Positions 41,860 to 57,954 of a stretch of 64,000 bases of DNA are shown piece by piece (the first letter of the stretch is position 1; each line of letters starts with the position of its first letter). The stretch is taken from NCBI RefSeq assembly GCF_009914755.1, contig NC_060940.1. One strand, 5' to 3'. The notes under the pieces were generated by a model that saw nothing but the letters and a program-made list of their open reading frames with translations, did no database searches and was not told the origin of the DNA. Both the position numbers and the translations under genes were made by a program. The DNA is from the human T2T-CHM13v2.0 reference genome, Homo sapiens.

Positions 41860-44800
41860 GATGAATCCACTCGATTCCATTTGATGATTATTCCATTGGA
41901 GTCCACTTAGTGAATCCTTCAGATTCTACTCGAAGATGATTCCATTCAAGTCCATTCGATGATACCATTCAATTCCATTCGTTGATGCTTCCATTCAAGT
42001 GCATTCGATGATATCATTCGATTCCATTTGATGATAATTCCATTTGATTCCATGCGATGATTCTATTCGATTCCATTCAATGATAATTCCATTCAGTTCA
42101 GTGATTCCTCTGGACTCCATTTGATGATGATTCCATTCAATGATTCCATTCGATTCTATTCGAAAATGATTCCATTTGAATCCATTTGATGATGATTCCA
42201 TTAGATTCCATTTGATGATTCCATTCGATTCCATGCGACGATGATTCCATTCGATTCCATGTGATGATTCCATTCTATTCTATTCGATGATGATTCCATT
42301 CGATTCCATTCGATGATGATTGGATTCGATTCCATTTGATGATTTCATTTGATTCCATTCGTTAATGATTTCGATCAACTCCATTCGATGATTCCATTCG
42401 ATTCCATTCGATAATGATTACATCCGTGTCCATTCAGTGATTCCATTTGAGCCCGTTCAATAATTCCATTTGAGTCCAACCAATGATTCCATTCATTTCC
42501 ATTCAATGATTCCATTCGAGTCCATTTGATCATTCCGGTAGGGTCCATTCGATGTTGATTCCATTGGAGTGCATTCGATGATTCCATTCGAGTCTATTTT
42601 ATGATTTGATTCGAGTCCTTTCGATGATTCCATTCGATTCCACTCGATGATGATTTCATTCGAGTCCATTCGACACTTCCAATCGATTCCATTTGATGTT
42701 TCCATTCGAGTCCAATTGATGATTCCATTCAATTCCATTCGATGATGATTCCGTACGATTCCATTCTGTGATGATTCCATGTGATTGCATTCAATGATGA
42801 TTCCTTTAGATTGCATTCGATTGTGATTCATTTCGTCTTCATTCTATGGTTCCACAGGTTTCCATTCATGTCCATTCCATTATTCCATTCTATTCCATTT
42901 GATGATGATTCCATTCGATTCCATTCATTGGTGATTCCACTCAATTCCATTCAATGATTCCATTCCATTTCTTTCAACAATGATTCCATTAGTTTCTAAT
43001 CGATGATCCACTTGATTCCATTTGACGACGATTCCATTCTTGTCCATTCGATGATTCCATTTGATTCCATATGATGATGATTCCATTCGATTCCATACCA
43101 TGATGATTCCATTCGAGTCCATTCAATGGTGATTCCATTCAATTCCATTCGATGATTCCTTTCGATTCCATTCGATGATGATGGCATTCGATTCCTTTCA
43201 ATCATTCCCTTTGATTCCATTCAAAGGTGATTTCATTCAAGTCCATTCGATAATTGCATTCGATTCCATTCTATGATGATTCCATTCGAGTCCATTTGAT
43301 GATTCCATTCAATTCAAGTCAATGATGATTCCATTCGATTCCATTCGATGATTCCATTGGATTCCATTCGATGATGATTCCATTCAAATCCATTCGATAA
43401 TTCAATTCAAGTCCATTCGATGATGATTAAAATCGAATCCATTCAAAGATTCCATTCAGTTCCATTCGATGATTCCCTTAGATTCTATTCGATGATTCCA
43501 CTTGATTCCATTTACGATGATTCCATTCGATTCCATGTGATGATTCCATTCAATTCTATTCAATGCTGTTTCCATTTGATTCCATTCGACCATGATTGCC
43601 TTTGATTCCATTCAATGACTCCATTCGGTTCCCTTTGATGATGATTCCGTTCGATTCCATTTCATTATTCCATTTGATTCCATTGGATGAGTCCATTCGA
43701 TTACATTCGATGATTATTCCATTCGAGTGCATTAGATGATTCCATTCGAGTCCATTCGATGATTCCATTCGATTCCATTCGATGTTGATTCTGTTCAAAT
43801 CCATTCGATGATTCCACTCGATTCCATTCGATGACTCCAGTTGATCCCATTCGATGATTTCCTTTGATTCCCTTTGATGATCATTCCATTTGATTCAATT
43901 CGGTGATTTCATTTGATTCCATTCAGTGATGTTTCCATTCGACTCCATTCGATGATGATTCCATTCGACTCCATTCGATTATGATTTCATTCAATTCCAT
44001 TCGATAATGATTCCCTTTGAGTCCATTCGATGATTCCATTCGATTCCATTCAACGATGATTTGATTCGTGTCCATTCGATGATTCCATTTGATTCCACTT
44101 GATGATGATTCCATTCGAGTCCATTTGATGATTCCATTCAATTCCATTCTCCGATGATTTCTTTTGAGCCCACTCAATGCTTCCACTCGATTCCATATGA
44201 TGATGACTCCATTCGATGAAATTCGATGATGATTCCATTCGCTTGCATTCGATGATGATTCCACTTGAGTCCATTAGAAGATTCTATTCAATTACATTCC
44301 ATGACGATTCCGTTCGAGTCCATTTGATGATTCCATTAGACTCCATTCGACGATGATTCCATTCGATGTTATTCGATGATTACATTCGATCTCATTCGAT
44401 GATGATTCCATTCAACTCCATTCGATGTTTCCATTCGAGTTCATTCTATTATTCCATTAGATTCCATTCGATGATGATTCCATTCGATTCCATTTGATGA
44501 TTGCATTCTATTTCATTTGATGATGATTCCATTCGAGTCCACTCGATGATTCCATTCGAGTCCATTTAATGAATCCATTGGTTTCAATTCTATGATGATT
44601 ACATTGGATTCCATTCGTTGATGATTTCATTCGGTTCCATTCAATGATGATTCCATTCAATTCCTTTCAATGTTTCCATTCAATTCCATACGATGATGAT
44701 TCCATTTGATTTGATTCGACAGGGAGCCATTCGATTCAATTCCATGATGATTCTATTTGATTCCATTGGTTGACATTTCCATTCGATTCCATTCGATGAT

Positions 44801-47800
44801 GATTCCCTTTGATTCCATTCAAAGATGATTCCATTCTAGCCCATTCAATCATTCCATTCGATTCTATTCAATGATGATTCCATTCATGTCGATTTGGTGA
44901 TTCCATTTGACTTCATTTGATGATGATTCCTTTCAAGTTCATTAGATGATTCCATTCGATTCCATTTGATGATGATCCCATTCGAGTCCATTCAGTGATT
45001 CCACTCGTTTCCATTCCATGATGATTCCATTCCATTCCATTCAATGATTCCATTCGATTCCGTTTGATGATGATTTCATTCGAGTCCATTTGATGATTCC
45101 ATTTGATTCCATTCGATGATGATTCCATTCGAGTCCATTCGATGATTCTATTCGAATCCATTTGATGATTTCTTTTGATTATAGTTGGTGATGATTCCAT
45201 TGGAGTCCATTCAATGATTCCATTTGATTCCAGTCTCTGATGATTACATTCGAGTCCATACGATGATTCCACTCAATTCCATATGATGATGATTCCATTC
45301 GATTCCATTCGGTGATTCCATTCTATTCTATTCAATGGTGATTCCATTCGAGTACATTAGATGATTCCATTCGATTCCATTCAATGATGATTCTATTTGT
45401 GTCCCTTAGATGATTCCACATGATTCCATTAGATGATGATACTATTTGAGCCCATCCAATGATACCCTTCGATATCATTCGATGAGGATTCCATTCGATT
45501 CAATTCATTGGTGATTCTATTCAATTCAATTCTTTGATTCCATTCCATTCCATTCGACAATGATTCCATTCGATTTCTTTCGATGATTCCACTCGATTCC
45601 ACTTGACATTGATTCCCTTCGATTCCATTCAATGATTCCATTTGATTCCAGTGGATGATGATTGCCATCGATTCCATTCGATCACTCCATTCTATTCCAT
45701 TTGATGATGATTACATTCGATTCCATTTGACGATTCCATCTGATTCTATTCGAGGATTCCATTTGATTCCATTCGATGATGATTCCATTCGAGTCCATTC
45801 GATGATTTCATTCGAGTACATCCAATGATTCCATTCGAGTCCATTTGATGATTCCATTTGATTCCATTTGATAATGATTCTACTAGAGTCCATTCAATGA
45901 CTCCATTCGAGTCCATTCAACAATTCCATTCGACTCCATTTGATGATTCCATTGGATTCCATTTGATGATTCCATTCGAGTCCATTTAATCATTACAGTC
46001 GAGTCCATTTGGTGATTCCACCGGATTTCTTTTGATAATGATACCATTCAATTACATTTGATGATGATCCCATTCAATTTCATTTGATGATGATTCCATT
46101 AGAGTCCATTCGATGATTTCATTCGAGTCCCTTCATTGATTCCATCCGATTTCATTGGATGATGACTCCATTCGAGTCCATTCGATGATTCCACTCGATT
46201 CCATTAGATGATTCCATTGGAGTCCATTTCATTGTTCCATTCGATTCCATTCGATTCCTTTCGAAGATTATTCCATTTGAGTCCATTCGATGATGATTCC
46301 ATTCCATTCCATTCGATGATTCCGTTTGATTCCATTCGATGATTCCCTTCGATTCCTTTCTTTGATGATTCCATTCCATTCCATTCAATGATTCCATTCG
46401 AATCTATTCCATGATGATTCCTTTCGATTCCATTCGCTGATGTTTCCGTTCAATTCCATTCGATGATGATTCCATTCGATTCCATTCATTGAGGATTCCA
46501 TTTGATTCCATTTAATGATGATTCCGTTCTATTCCATTCAATGATTGCATTCAATTCCATTCAATGATTATCCCCTTAGAGTAAACTCAACGATTCCATT
46601 CAATACCATTCGATGATGATTCCTTTTGAGTCCATTCAATGATTTCATTCAAGTCCATTTGATGATTCCTTTCAATTCCATTCTATGATGATTCCATTCG
46701 AGTCCATTCGATGATTCCATTCGATTGCATTCGATTATTCCATTATATTCCAGTCAACGATGATTCCATTCGAGCCCATTCGATGATTCCATTAGAGTAC
46801 ATTTAATGATTGCTTTGTTTTCAATTCGAAGATGATTACATTGGATTCCATTCTATGATACCATTCGATTCCATTCAATGATGATTCCACTCAAATCCAT
46901 TGGATGATTCCATTCGTGTCCATTCGGTGATTTCATTAGATTCCATTCGAGGATGATTCCATTCGATTCCATTCGATGATTCCATTCAATTCCATTCGAT
47001 GATGATTCCATTCCAGTCCATATGATCATTCCATTTGATTTCATTCGATGATGATTCCATTCGATTCCATTCGATGATTCCATTCTATTCCATTCGATGA
47101 TGATTCCATTCGAGTCCATTCGATGATTCCATTCGAGTCCATTTAATGATTCCATTGGGTTCAATTCAATGATGATTACATTGGATTCCGTTCTATGATT
47201 CCATTCAATTCCGTTCATTGACAATTTGATTCCATTCGATGATGATTCCATTTGAGTTCATTCGATGATTCTATTCGATTCTCTTCGATGGTGATTCAAT
47301 TCTATTATATTGGATGATTCCATTCGATTCCATTTGATGTTGATTCAATTCGATTCTATTCGATGATGATTCCATTGGATTTCACTTGATGATTCTATTC
47401 GATTCCATTCAATGATGATTCACTTCTCGTCCATTGGATGATTCCATTTCATTCCATTCGATGATGATTCCATTCGATTCCATTCGATGATTCCATTTGA
47501 TTCCATGCGACGGTGAGCAATTCGATTCAATTCCATGATGATTCTATTTGATTCAATTAGATGATGTTTCCATTCGAATCCATTCCATGATTATTCCATT
47601 GGAATCCATTTGGCGATGATTCCATATGAGTCAATTCAATGATGATTCCATATGGGTCCGTTCGATGATAATTCCATTTGATTTCATTCGATGCTTCTAT
47701 TCTATTCCAGTCGATGATGATTCCGTTGGAGTCCATACGATGATTCCATTTGATTTCATTTGATGATGATTCCATTCGATGATGATTACATTGGATTCCA

Positions 47801-47922
47801 TTCTATGATTCCATTCAATTCCATTCGTTGATGATTCGATTCCATTCAATGATGATTCCATTTGAGTTCATTCGATGATTCTATTCGATTCCGTTCGATG
47901 GTGATTCAATTCTCTTATATTG
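41860..47922 (+). repeat. Higher-order unit, type B' (6,063 bp)
   Basis: Marker spacing 41995->48058; 49-bp deletion near 45224; shares the gacagggagcc variant (~44722) with ~28638. Confidence 0.9.
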
Positions 47923-50221
47923 GATGATTCCACTCGATTCCATTTGATGATTATTCCATTGGAGTCCACTTAGTGAATCCTTTAGATTCTACTCGAAGAT
48001 GATTCCATTCGAGTCCATTCAATGATACCATTCAATTTCATTCGTTGATGCTTCCATTCAAGTGCATTCGATGATATCATTCGATTCCATTTGATGATAA
48101 TTCCATTTGATTCCATGCGATGATTCTATTCGATTCCATTCAATGATAATTCCATTCAATTCAGTGATTCCTCTGGACTCCATTTGATGATGATTCCATT
48201 CAATGATTCCATTCGATTCTATTCCAAAATGATTCCATTTGAATCCATTTGATGATGATTCCATTAGATTCCATTTGATGATTCCATTCGATTCCATTTG
48301 ACGATGATTCCATTCGATTCTATTTGATGATTCCATTCTATTCTATTCGATGATGATTCCATTCGATTCCATTTGATGATGATTGGATTCGATTCCATTT
48401 GATGATTTCATTTGATTCCATTCGTTAATGATTTCGATCAACTCCATTCGATGATTCCATTTGATTCCATTCGATAATGATTACATCCGAGTCCATTCGA
48501 TGATTCCATTTGAGCCCGTTCGATAATTCCATTTGAGTCCAATCAATGATTCCATTCATTTCCATTCAATGATTCCATTCGAGTCCATTTGATCATTCTG
48601 GTAGGGTCCGTTCGATGTTGATTCCATTGGAGTGCATTCGATGATTCCATTCGAGTCCATTTTATGATTTGATTCGAGTCCTTTCGATGATTCCATTCGA
48701 TTCCACTCGATGATGATTTCATTCGAGTCCATTCGACACTTCCAATCGATTCCATTTGATGTTTCCATTCGAGTCCAATTGATGATTCCATTCAATTCCA
48801 TTCGATGATGATTCCGTACGATTCCATTCTGTGATGATTCCATGTGATTGCATTCAATGATGATTCCTTTCGACTGCATTCGATTATGATTCATTTCGTG
48901 TTCATTCTATGGTTCCACAGGTTTCCATTCGATGACGTTTCCGTTCGTGTCCATTCCATTATTCCATTCTATTTCATTTGATGATGATTCCATTCGATTC
49001 CATTCATTGGTGATTCCACTCAATTCCATTCAATGATTCCATTCCATTTCTTTCAACAATGATTCCATTACTTTCTATTCGATGATCCACTTGATTCCAT
49101 TTGGCGATGATTCCATTCGTGTCCATTCGATGATTCCATTTGATTCCATATGATGATGATTCCATTCGATTCCATACCATGATGATTCCATTCGAGTCCA
49201 TTCAATGGTGATTCCATTCAATTCCATTCGATGATTCCTTCCGATTCCATTCGATGATGATGGCATTCGATTCCTTTCAATCATTCCCTTTGATTCCATT
49301 CAAAGGTGATTTCATTCAAGTCCATTCGATAATTGCATTCGATTCCATTCTATGATGATTCCATTCGAGTCCATTTGATGATTGCATTCAATTCAAGTCA
49401 ATGATGATTCCATTTAATTCCACTCGATGATTCCATTGGATTCCATTCGATGATGATTCCATTCAAATCCATTCGATAATTCAATTCAAGTCCATTCGAT
49501 GATGATTCCAATCGAATCCATTCAAAGATTCCATTCAATTCCATTCGATGATGATTCCCTTAGATTCCATTCGATGATTCCACTTGATTCCATTTACGAT
49601 GATTCCATTCGATTCCATGTGATGAATCCATTCAATTCTATTCAATGATGTTTCCATTTGATTCCATTGGACCATGATTGCCTTTGATTCCATTCAATGA
49701 TTCCATTCGGTTCCATTTGATGATGATTCCGTTCGATTCCATTTCATTATTCCATTTGATTCCATTGGATGAGTCCATTCGATTACATTCGATGATTATT
49801 CCATTCGAGTGCATTAGATGATTGCATTCGAGTCCATTCGATGATTCCATTCGATTCCATTCGATGTTGATTCTGTTCAAATCCATTCGATGATTCCACT
49901 CGATTCCATTCGATGACTCCATTTGATCCCATTCGATGATTTCCTGTGATTCCCTTTGATGATCATTCTATTTGATTCAATTCGGTGATTTCATTTCATT
50001 CCATTCAGTGATGTTTCCATTCGACTGTATTCGATGATGATTCCATTCGACTCCATTCGATTATGATTTCATTCAATTCCATTCAATAATGATTCCCTTC
50101 GAGTCCATTCGATGATTCCATTCGATTCCATTCATCGATGATTTGATTCGTTTCCATTCGATGATTCCATTTGATTCCACTTGATGATGATTCCATTCGA
50201 GTCCATTTGATGATTCCATTC
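47923..50221 (+). repeat. Partial unit C, second copy
   Basis: Matches 31839-34137 at an offset of 16,084. Confidence 0.88.
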
Positions 50222-52052
50222 GAGTCTATTTATGTATTATATTCGTGTCCACTTCATGATTCCATTCAATTCCATTTAATGTTGATTCCATTTGATTCCA
50301 TTTGATGATTCAGTTCGATTCCTTGCAATGATTCCCTACGATTCCTTTCTATGATGATTCCATTCGATTCCATTCATTGATGATTTCATTCGACTCCATT
50401 CGATGATGATTCCTTTCGATTCCATTTGACGATGTTTCCATTCGAGTCCATTCGATGATGATTCTATTCAATTCTGTTCTATTATGATTCCATTCGATTT
50501 CATTCAATGCTTCTATTTGATTCCATTCGATGATGATTCCATCTCTTTCCCTTCGATGATTCCATTTGATTCCATTCAGTGATGATTCCATTTGATTCCA
50601 TCTGATGATGATTTCACTTGATTCATTTCAATGATGATTCCATTCAAGTCCATTCGATGATTCCATTGGAGTCCAAACGATCATTCCGTTCGATTCCATT
50701 CAATGGTGATTCCATTCATGTCCATTCGATGAATCCATTCAATTCCATTCGATGATGACTCCATTCGAGTACATTCGATGATTCCATTTGATTCCATTTG
50801 AAGATGATTCCATTCAATTCCATTCGAAGATGATTCCATTCAATTCCATTCGATGATGATTCCGTATGAATCCATTCTCTGATTATTCCATTCGATTCCA
50901 TTCATTGACGATTCCATTCAATTCCATTCAATGATGATTCTCTTCTATTCCATTCGATGATTCCGGTCGATTCCATTCGATGATGATTCCATTAGATTCC
51001 ATTCGATTGTTGCATTCGATTCCCTTCGATGATGATTCCTTTGAATTCCATTTGATTATCATTCCGTATGAATCCATTTGATGATTATTCCATTGGATTC
51101 CTTTCAATGATGATTCCATTCGATTCCATTTGATGATGTTTCTCTTGTATTCCATTGGATAATTCCTTTCAGTTCCCTTCGATGATTATTCTTTCGAGTC
51201 AATTCGATGATTCTATTCCATTCCCTTCGATGATGATTCCATTTCACTCCATTTGATGATTCCATTCGACTCAATTTGGTGATGATTCAATTCGATGACA
51301 TTCGATGACTCCATTCAATTTCATTTGATGATGATTACATTCGAGTCCATTTGATGATTGTATTCCTTTCCTTTTGATGATTATTCCATTCGTGTCTATT
51401 CAAAGGTTCCATTCTATTCCATTCAATGATGATTGCATTTGATTCCATTCAATGATTATGGCTATCGATTCCACTCGTTGATTCCATTTGATTCCGTTCG
51501 ATGATTATTCCGTTAGATTCCATTAGAAGATTCCATTCTATTTTATTCAATGATTCCAATGGATTCCATTCAATGATGATTCCATTCGACTCCATTCAGT
51601 GATTCCATTCGAGTCCATTTGATGATTCCATTCTTTTCCATTTGATGATGATTCCATTAGGGTCCATTCAATGATTCCATTCGAGTCCATTCGTTAATGC
51701 CTTTCGAGTCCTTTTGATCACTACATTCGAGTCCATTCAATGATTCTATTCGATTCCATTCCATGATGATTCCATTCGAGTTCATTCGATGATTGCATTC
51801 GAGTCCATTTGATGATTCCATATGATTCCCTTCGACAATGATTTCATTCGTGTCCATTTGATGATTCCATTCATTTCCTATCGATGAAGATTCCATTCGA
51901 GTGTATTCGATGATTCCATTCAAATCCATTCGATGATGATTCCATTCCAGTCCATTCGATCATTCCACTTGATTCCATTTGATGACTATTCCATTCAAAT
52001 CCATTTGATGATTCCATTCGATTCCATTCGATGTTACCATTCGAGTATATAC
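50222..52052 (+). repeat. Divergent HSat2 block Z, copy 3 (1,831 bp)
   Basis: Matches 34138-35957 but lacks the 11-bp deletion. Confidence 0.9.
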
Positions 52053-55000
52053 GATGATTCCACTCGATTCCATTTGATGATTATTCCATTGGAGTCCACT
52101 TAGTGAATCCTTTAGATTCTACTCGAAGATGATTCCATTCGAGTCCATTCGATGATACCATTCAATTCCATTCGTTGATGCTTCAATTCAAGTGCATTCG
52201 ATGATATCATTCGATTCCATTTGATGATAATTCCATTTGATTGCATGCGATGATTCTATTCGATTCCATTCAATGATAATTCCATTCAATTCAGTGATTC
52301 CTCTAGACTCCATTTGATGATGATTCCATTCAATGATTCCATTCGATTCTATTCGAAAATGATTCCATTTGAATCCATTTGATGATGATTCCATTGGATT
52401 CCATTTGATGATTCCATTCGATTCCATTCGATGATGATTCCATTCGATTCCTTTTGATGATTCCATTCTATTGTATTCGATGATGATTCCATTCGATTCC
52501 ATTCGATGATGATTGGATTCGATTCCATTTGATGATTTCATTTGATTCCATTCGATAATGATTTCGATCAATTCCATTCGATGATTCCATTCGATTCCAT
52601 TCGATAATGATTACATCCGAGTCCATTCGATGATTCCATTTGAGCCCGTTCGATAATTCCATTTGAGTCCAATCAATGATTCCATTCATTTCCATTCAAT
52701 GATTCCATTCGAGTCCATTTGATCATTCCGGTAAGGTCCGTTCGATGTTGATTCCATTGGAGTGCATTCGATGATTCCATTCGAGTCCATTTTAGGATTT
52801 GATTCGAGTCCTTTCGATGATTCCATTCGATTCCACTCGATGATTTCATTCGAGTCCATTCGACACTTCCAATCGATTCCATTTGATGTTTCCATTCGAT
52901 TCCAATTGATGATTCCATTCAATTCCATTCGATGATGATTCCGTACGATTCCATTCTGTGATGATTCCATGTGATTGCATTCAATGATGATTCCTTTCGA
53001 TTGCATTCGATTATGATTCATTTCGTGTTCATTCTATGGTTCCACAGGTTTCCATTCGATGATGTTTCCATTCGTGTCCATTCCATGATTCCATTCTATT
53101 CCATTTGAAGATGATTCCATTCGATTCCGTTCATTGGTGATTCCACTCAATTCCATTCAATGATTCCATTCCATTTCTTTCAACAATGATTCCATTAGTT
53201 TCTATTCGATGATCCACTTGATTCCATTTGACGATGATTCCATTCGTGTCCATTCGATGATTCCATTTGATTCCATATGATGATGATTCCATTCGATTCC
53301 ATACGATGATGATTCCATTCGAGTCCATTCAATGGTGATTCCATTCAATTCCATTCGATGATTCCTTTCGATTCCATTCAATGATGATGGCATTCAATTC
53401 CTTTCGATCATTCCCTTTGATTCCATTCAAAGGTGATTTCATTCAAGTCCATTCGATAATTGCATTCGATTCCATTCTATGATGATTCCATTCGAGTCCA
53501 TTTGATGATTCCATTCAATTCAAGTCAATGATGATTCCATTCGATTCCACTCGATGATTCCATTGGATTCCATTCGATGATGATTCCATTCAAATCCATT
53601 CGATAATTCAATTCAAGTCCATTCGATGATGATTCCGATCGAATCCATTCAAAGATTCCACTCAATTCCATTCGATGATGATTCCCTTAGATTCCATTCG
53701 ATGATTCCACTTGATTCCATTTACGATGATTCCATTCGATTCCATGTGATGATTCCATTCAATTCTATTCAATGATGTTTCCACTTGATTCCATTCGAAC
53801 ATGATTGCCTTTGATACCATTCAATGATTCCATACGGTTCCATTTGATGATGATTCCATTCGAGTGCATTAGATGATTCCATTCGAGTCCATTCGATGAT
53901 TCCATTCGATTCCATTCGATGTTGATTCTGTTCAAATCCATTCGATGATTCCACTCGATTCCATTCGATGACTCCATTTGATCCCATTCGATGATTTCCT
54001 TTGATTCCCTTTGATGATCATTCCATTTGATTCAATTCGGTGATTTTATTTGATTCCATTCAGTGATGTTTCCATTCAACTCCTTTCGATGATGATTCCA
54101 TTCGACTCCATTCGATTATGATTTCATGCAATTCCATTCGATAATGATTCCCTTCAAGTCCATTCGATGATTCCATTCGATTCCATTCAACGATGATTTG
54201 ATTCGTGTCCATTTGATGATTCCATTTGATTCCATTTGATGATGATTCCATTCGAGTCCCTTTGATGATTCCATTCAATTCCATTCTCCGATGATTTCTT
54301 TTGAGCCCATTCAATGCTTCCACTCGATTCCATATGATGATGACTCCATTTGATGAAATTCCATGATGATTCCATTCGCTTGCATTCGATGATGATTCCA
54401 CTTGAGTCCGTTAGAAGATTCTATTCAATTACATTCCATGACGATTCTGTTCGAGTCCATTTGATGATTCCATTAGACTCCATTCGACGATGATTCCATT
54501 CGATGTTATTCGATGATGATTCCATTCAACTCCATTCGATGTTTCCATTCGAGTTCATTCTATTATTCCATTAGATTCCATTCGATGATGATTCCATTCG
54601 ATTCCATTTGATGATTGCATTCTATTTCATTTGATGATGATTCCATTCGAGTCCATTCGATGATTCCATTCGAGTCCATTTAATGAATCCATTGGTTTCA
54701 ATTCTATGATGATTACATTGGATTCCATTCGTTGATGATTTCATTCGATTCCATTCAATGATGATTCCATTCAATTCCATTCAATGATTCCACTGAATTC
54801 CATACGATGATGATTCCATTTGATTTGATTCGACAGTGAGCCATTCGATTCAATTCCATGATGATTCTATTTGATTCAATTGGTTGACATTTCCATTCGA
54901 TTCCATTCGATGATGATTCCATTTGATTCCATTCAAAGATGATTCCATTCTAGCCCATTCAATCATTCCATTCGATTCTATTCAATGATGATTCCATTCA

Positions 55001-57954
55001 TGTCGATTTGGTGATTCCATTTGACTTCATTTGATGATGATTCCTTTCAAGTTCATTAGATGATTCCATTCGATTCCATTTGATGATGATCCCATTCGAG
55101 TCTATTCAGTGATTCCACTCGTTTCCATTCCATGATGATTCCATTCCATTCCATTCAATGATTCCATTCGATTCCGTTTGATGATGATTTCATTCGAGTC
55201 CATTTGATGATTCCATTTGATTCCATTTGATGATGATTACATTCGAGTCCATACGATGATTCCACTCAATTCCATATGATGATGATTCCATTCGATTCCA
55301 TTCGATGATTCCAGTCTATTCTATTCAATGGTGATTCCATTCGAGTACATTAGATGATTCCATTCGATTCCATTCAATGATGATTCTATTTGTGTCCCTT
55401 AGATGGTTCCACATGATTCCATTTCATGATGATACTATTTGAGCCCATCCAATGATTCCCTTCGATTCCATTCGATGAGGATTCCATTCGATTCAATTCA
55501 TTGGTGATTCTATTCAATTCAATTCTTTGATTCCATTCCATTCCATTCGACAATGATTCCATTCGATTTCCTTCGATGATTCCACTCCATTCCACTTGAC
55601 ATTGATTCCATTCGATTCCATTCAATGATTCCGTTTCATTCCAGTGGATGATGATTGCCATCGATTCCATTCGATCACTCCATTCTATTCCATTTGATGA
55701 TGATTACATTCGATTCCATTTGATGATTCCATCTGATTCTATTCGAGGATTCCATTTGATTCCATTCGATGATGATTCCATTCGAGTGCATTTGATGATT
55801 TCATTCGAGTACATCCAATGATTCCATTCGAGTCCATTTGATGATTCCATTTGATTCCATTTGATTATGATTCTACTAGAGTCCATTCAATGACTCCCTT
55901 CGAATCCATTCAACAATTCCATTCGAGGCCATTCGATGATTCCATTTCATGATTCCATTCGAGTCCATTTAATCATTACAGTCGAGTCCATTTGGTGATT
56001 CCACTGGATTTCTTTTGATAATGATACCATTCAATTACATTTGATGATGATCCCATTCAATTTCATTTGATGGTGATTCCATTAGAGTCCATTCGATGAT
56101 TTCATTCGAGTCCCTTCATTGATTCCATCCGATTTCATTGGATGATGACTCCATTCGAGTCCATTCGATGATTCCACTCGATTCCATTAGATGATTCCAT
56201 TGGAGTCCATTTGATTGTTCCATTCGATTCTATTCGATTCCTTTCGAAGATTATTCCATTTGAGTCCATTCGATGATGATTCCATTCCATTCCATTCCAT
56301 GATTCCGTTTGATTCCATTCGATGATTCCCTTCGATTCCTTTCTTTGATGATTCCATTCCATTCCATTCAATGATTCCATTCGAATCTATTCCATGATGA
56401 TTCCTTTCGATTCCATTCGCTGATGTTTCCGTTCAATTCCATTCGATGATGATTCCATTCGATTCCATTCATTGAGGATTCCATTTGATTCCATTCAATG
56501 ATGATTCCATTCTATTCCATTCAATGATTGCATTCAATTCCATTCAATGATTATCCCCTTAGAGTAAACTCAACGATTCCATTCAATACCATTCGATGAT
56601 GATTCCTTTTGAGTCCATTCAATGATTTCATTCAAGTCCATTTGACGATTCCTTTCAATTCCCTTCTATGATGATTCACTTCTCGTCCATTGGATGATTC
56701 CATTTCATTCCATTCGATGATGATTCCATTCGATTCCATTCGATGATTCCGTTCGATTGCATTCGATGATTCCATTATATTCCAGTCAACGATGATTCCA
56801 TTCGAGTCCATTCGATGATTCCTTTAGAGTACATTTAATGATTGCTTTGTTTTCAATTCGAAGATGATTACATTGGATTCCATTCTATGATACCATTCGA
56901 TTCCATTCAATGATGATTCCACTCAAATCCATTGGATGATTCCATTCGTGTCCATTCGGTGATTTCATTAGATTCCATTCGAGGATGATTCCATTCGATT
57001 CCATTCGATGATTCCATTCAATTCCATTCGATGATGATTCCATTCCAGTCCATATGATCATTCCATTTGATTTCATTCGATGATGATTCCATTCGATTCC
57101 ATTCGATGATTCCATTCTATTCCATTCGATGATGATTCCATTCGAGTCCATTCGATGATTCCATTCGAGTCCATTTAATGATTCCATTGGGTTCAATTCA
57201 ATGATGATTACATTGGATTCCGTTCTATGATTCCATTCAATTCCGTTCATTGACAATTTGATTCCATTCGATGATGATTCCATTTGAGTTCATTCGATGA
57301 TTCTATTCGATTCTCTTCGATGGTGATTCAATTCTATTATATTGGATGATTCCATTCGATTCCATTTGATGTTGATTCAATTCGATTCTATTCGATGATG
57401 ATTCCATTGGATTTCACTTGATGATTCTATTCGATTCCATTCAATGATGATTCACTTCTCGTCCATTGGATGATTCCATTTCATTCCATTCGATGATGAT
57501 TCCATTCGATTCCATTCGATGATTCCATTTGATTCCATGCGTCGGTGAGCAATTCGATTCAATTCCATGATGATTCTATTTGATTCAATTAGATGATGTT
57601 TCCATTCGAATCCATTCCATGATTATTCCATTGGAATCCATTCGGCGATGATTCCATATGAGTCAATTCAATGATGATTCCATATGGGTCCGTTCGATGA
57701 TAATTCCATTTGATTTCATTCGGTGCTTCTATTCAATTCCAGTCGATGATGATTCCGTTGGAGTCCATACGATGATTCCATTTGATTTCATTTGATGATG
57801 ATTCCATTCGATGATGATTACATTGGATTCCATTCTATGATTCCATTCAATTCCATTCGTTGATGATTCGATTCCATTCAATGATGATTCCATTTGAGTT
57901 CATTCGATGATTCTATTCGATTCCGTTCGATGGTGATTCAATTCTCTTATATTG
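52053..57954 (+). repeat. Higher-order unit, variant A (5,902 bp)
   Basis: Marker spacing 52188->58090; matches 35958-41859 at an offset of 16,095, including the 49-bp insertion at ~56676. Confidence 0.9.
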
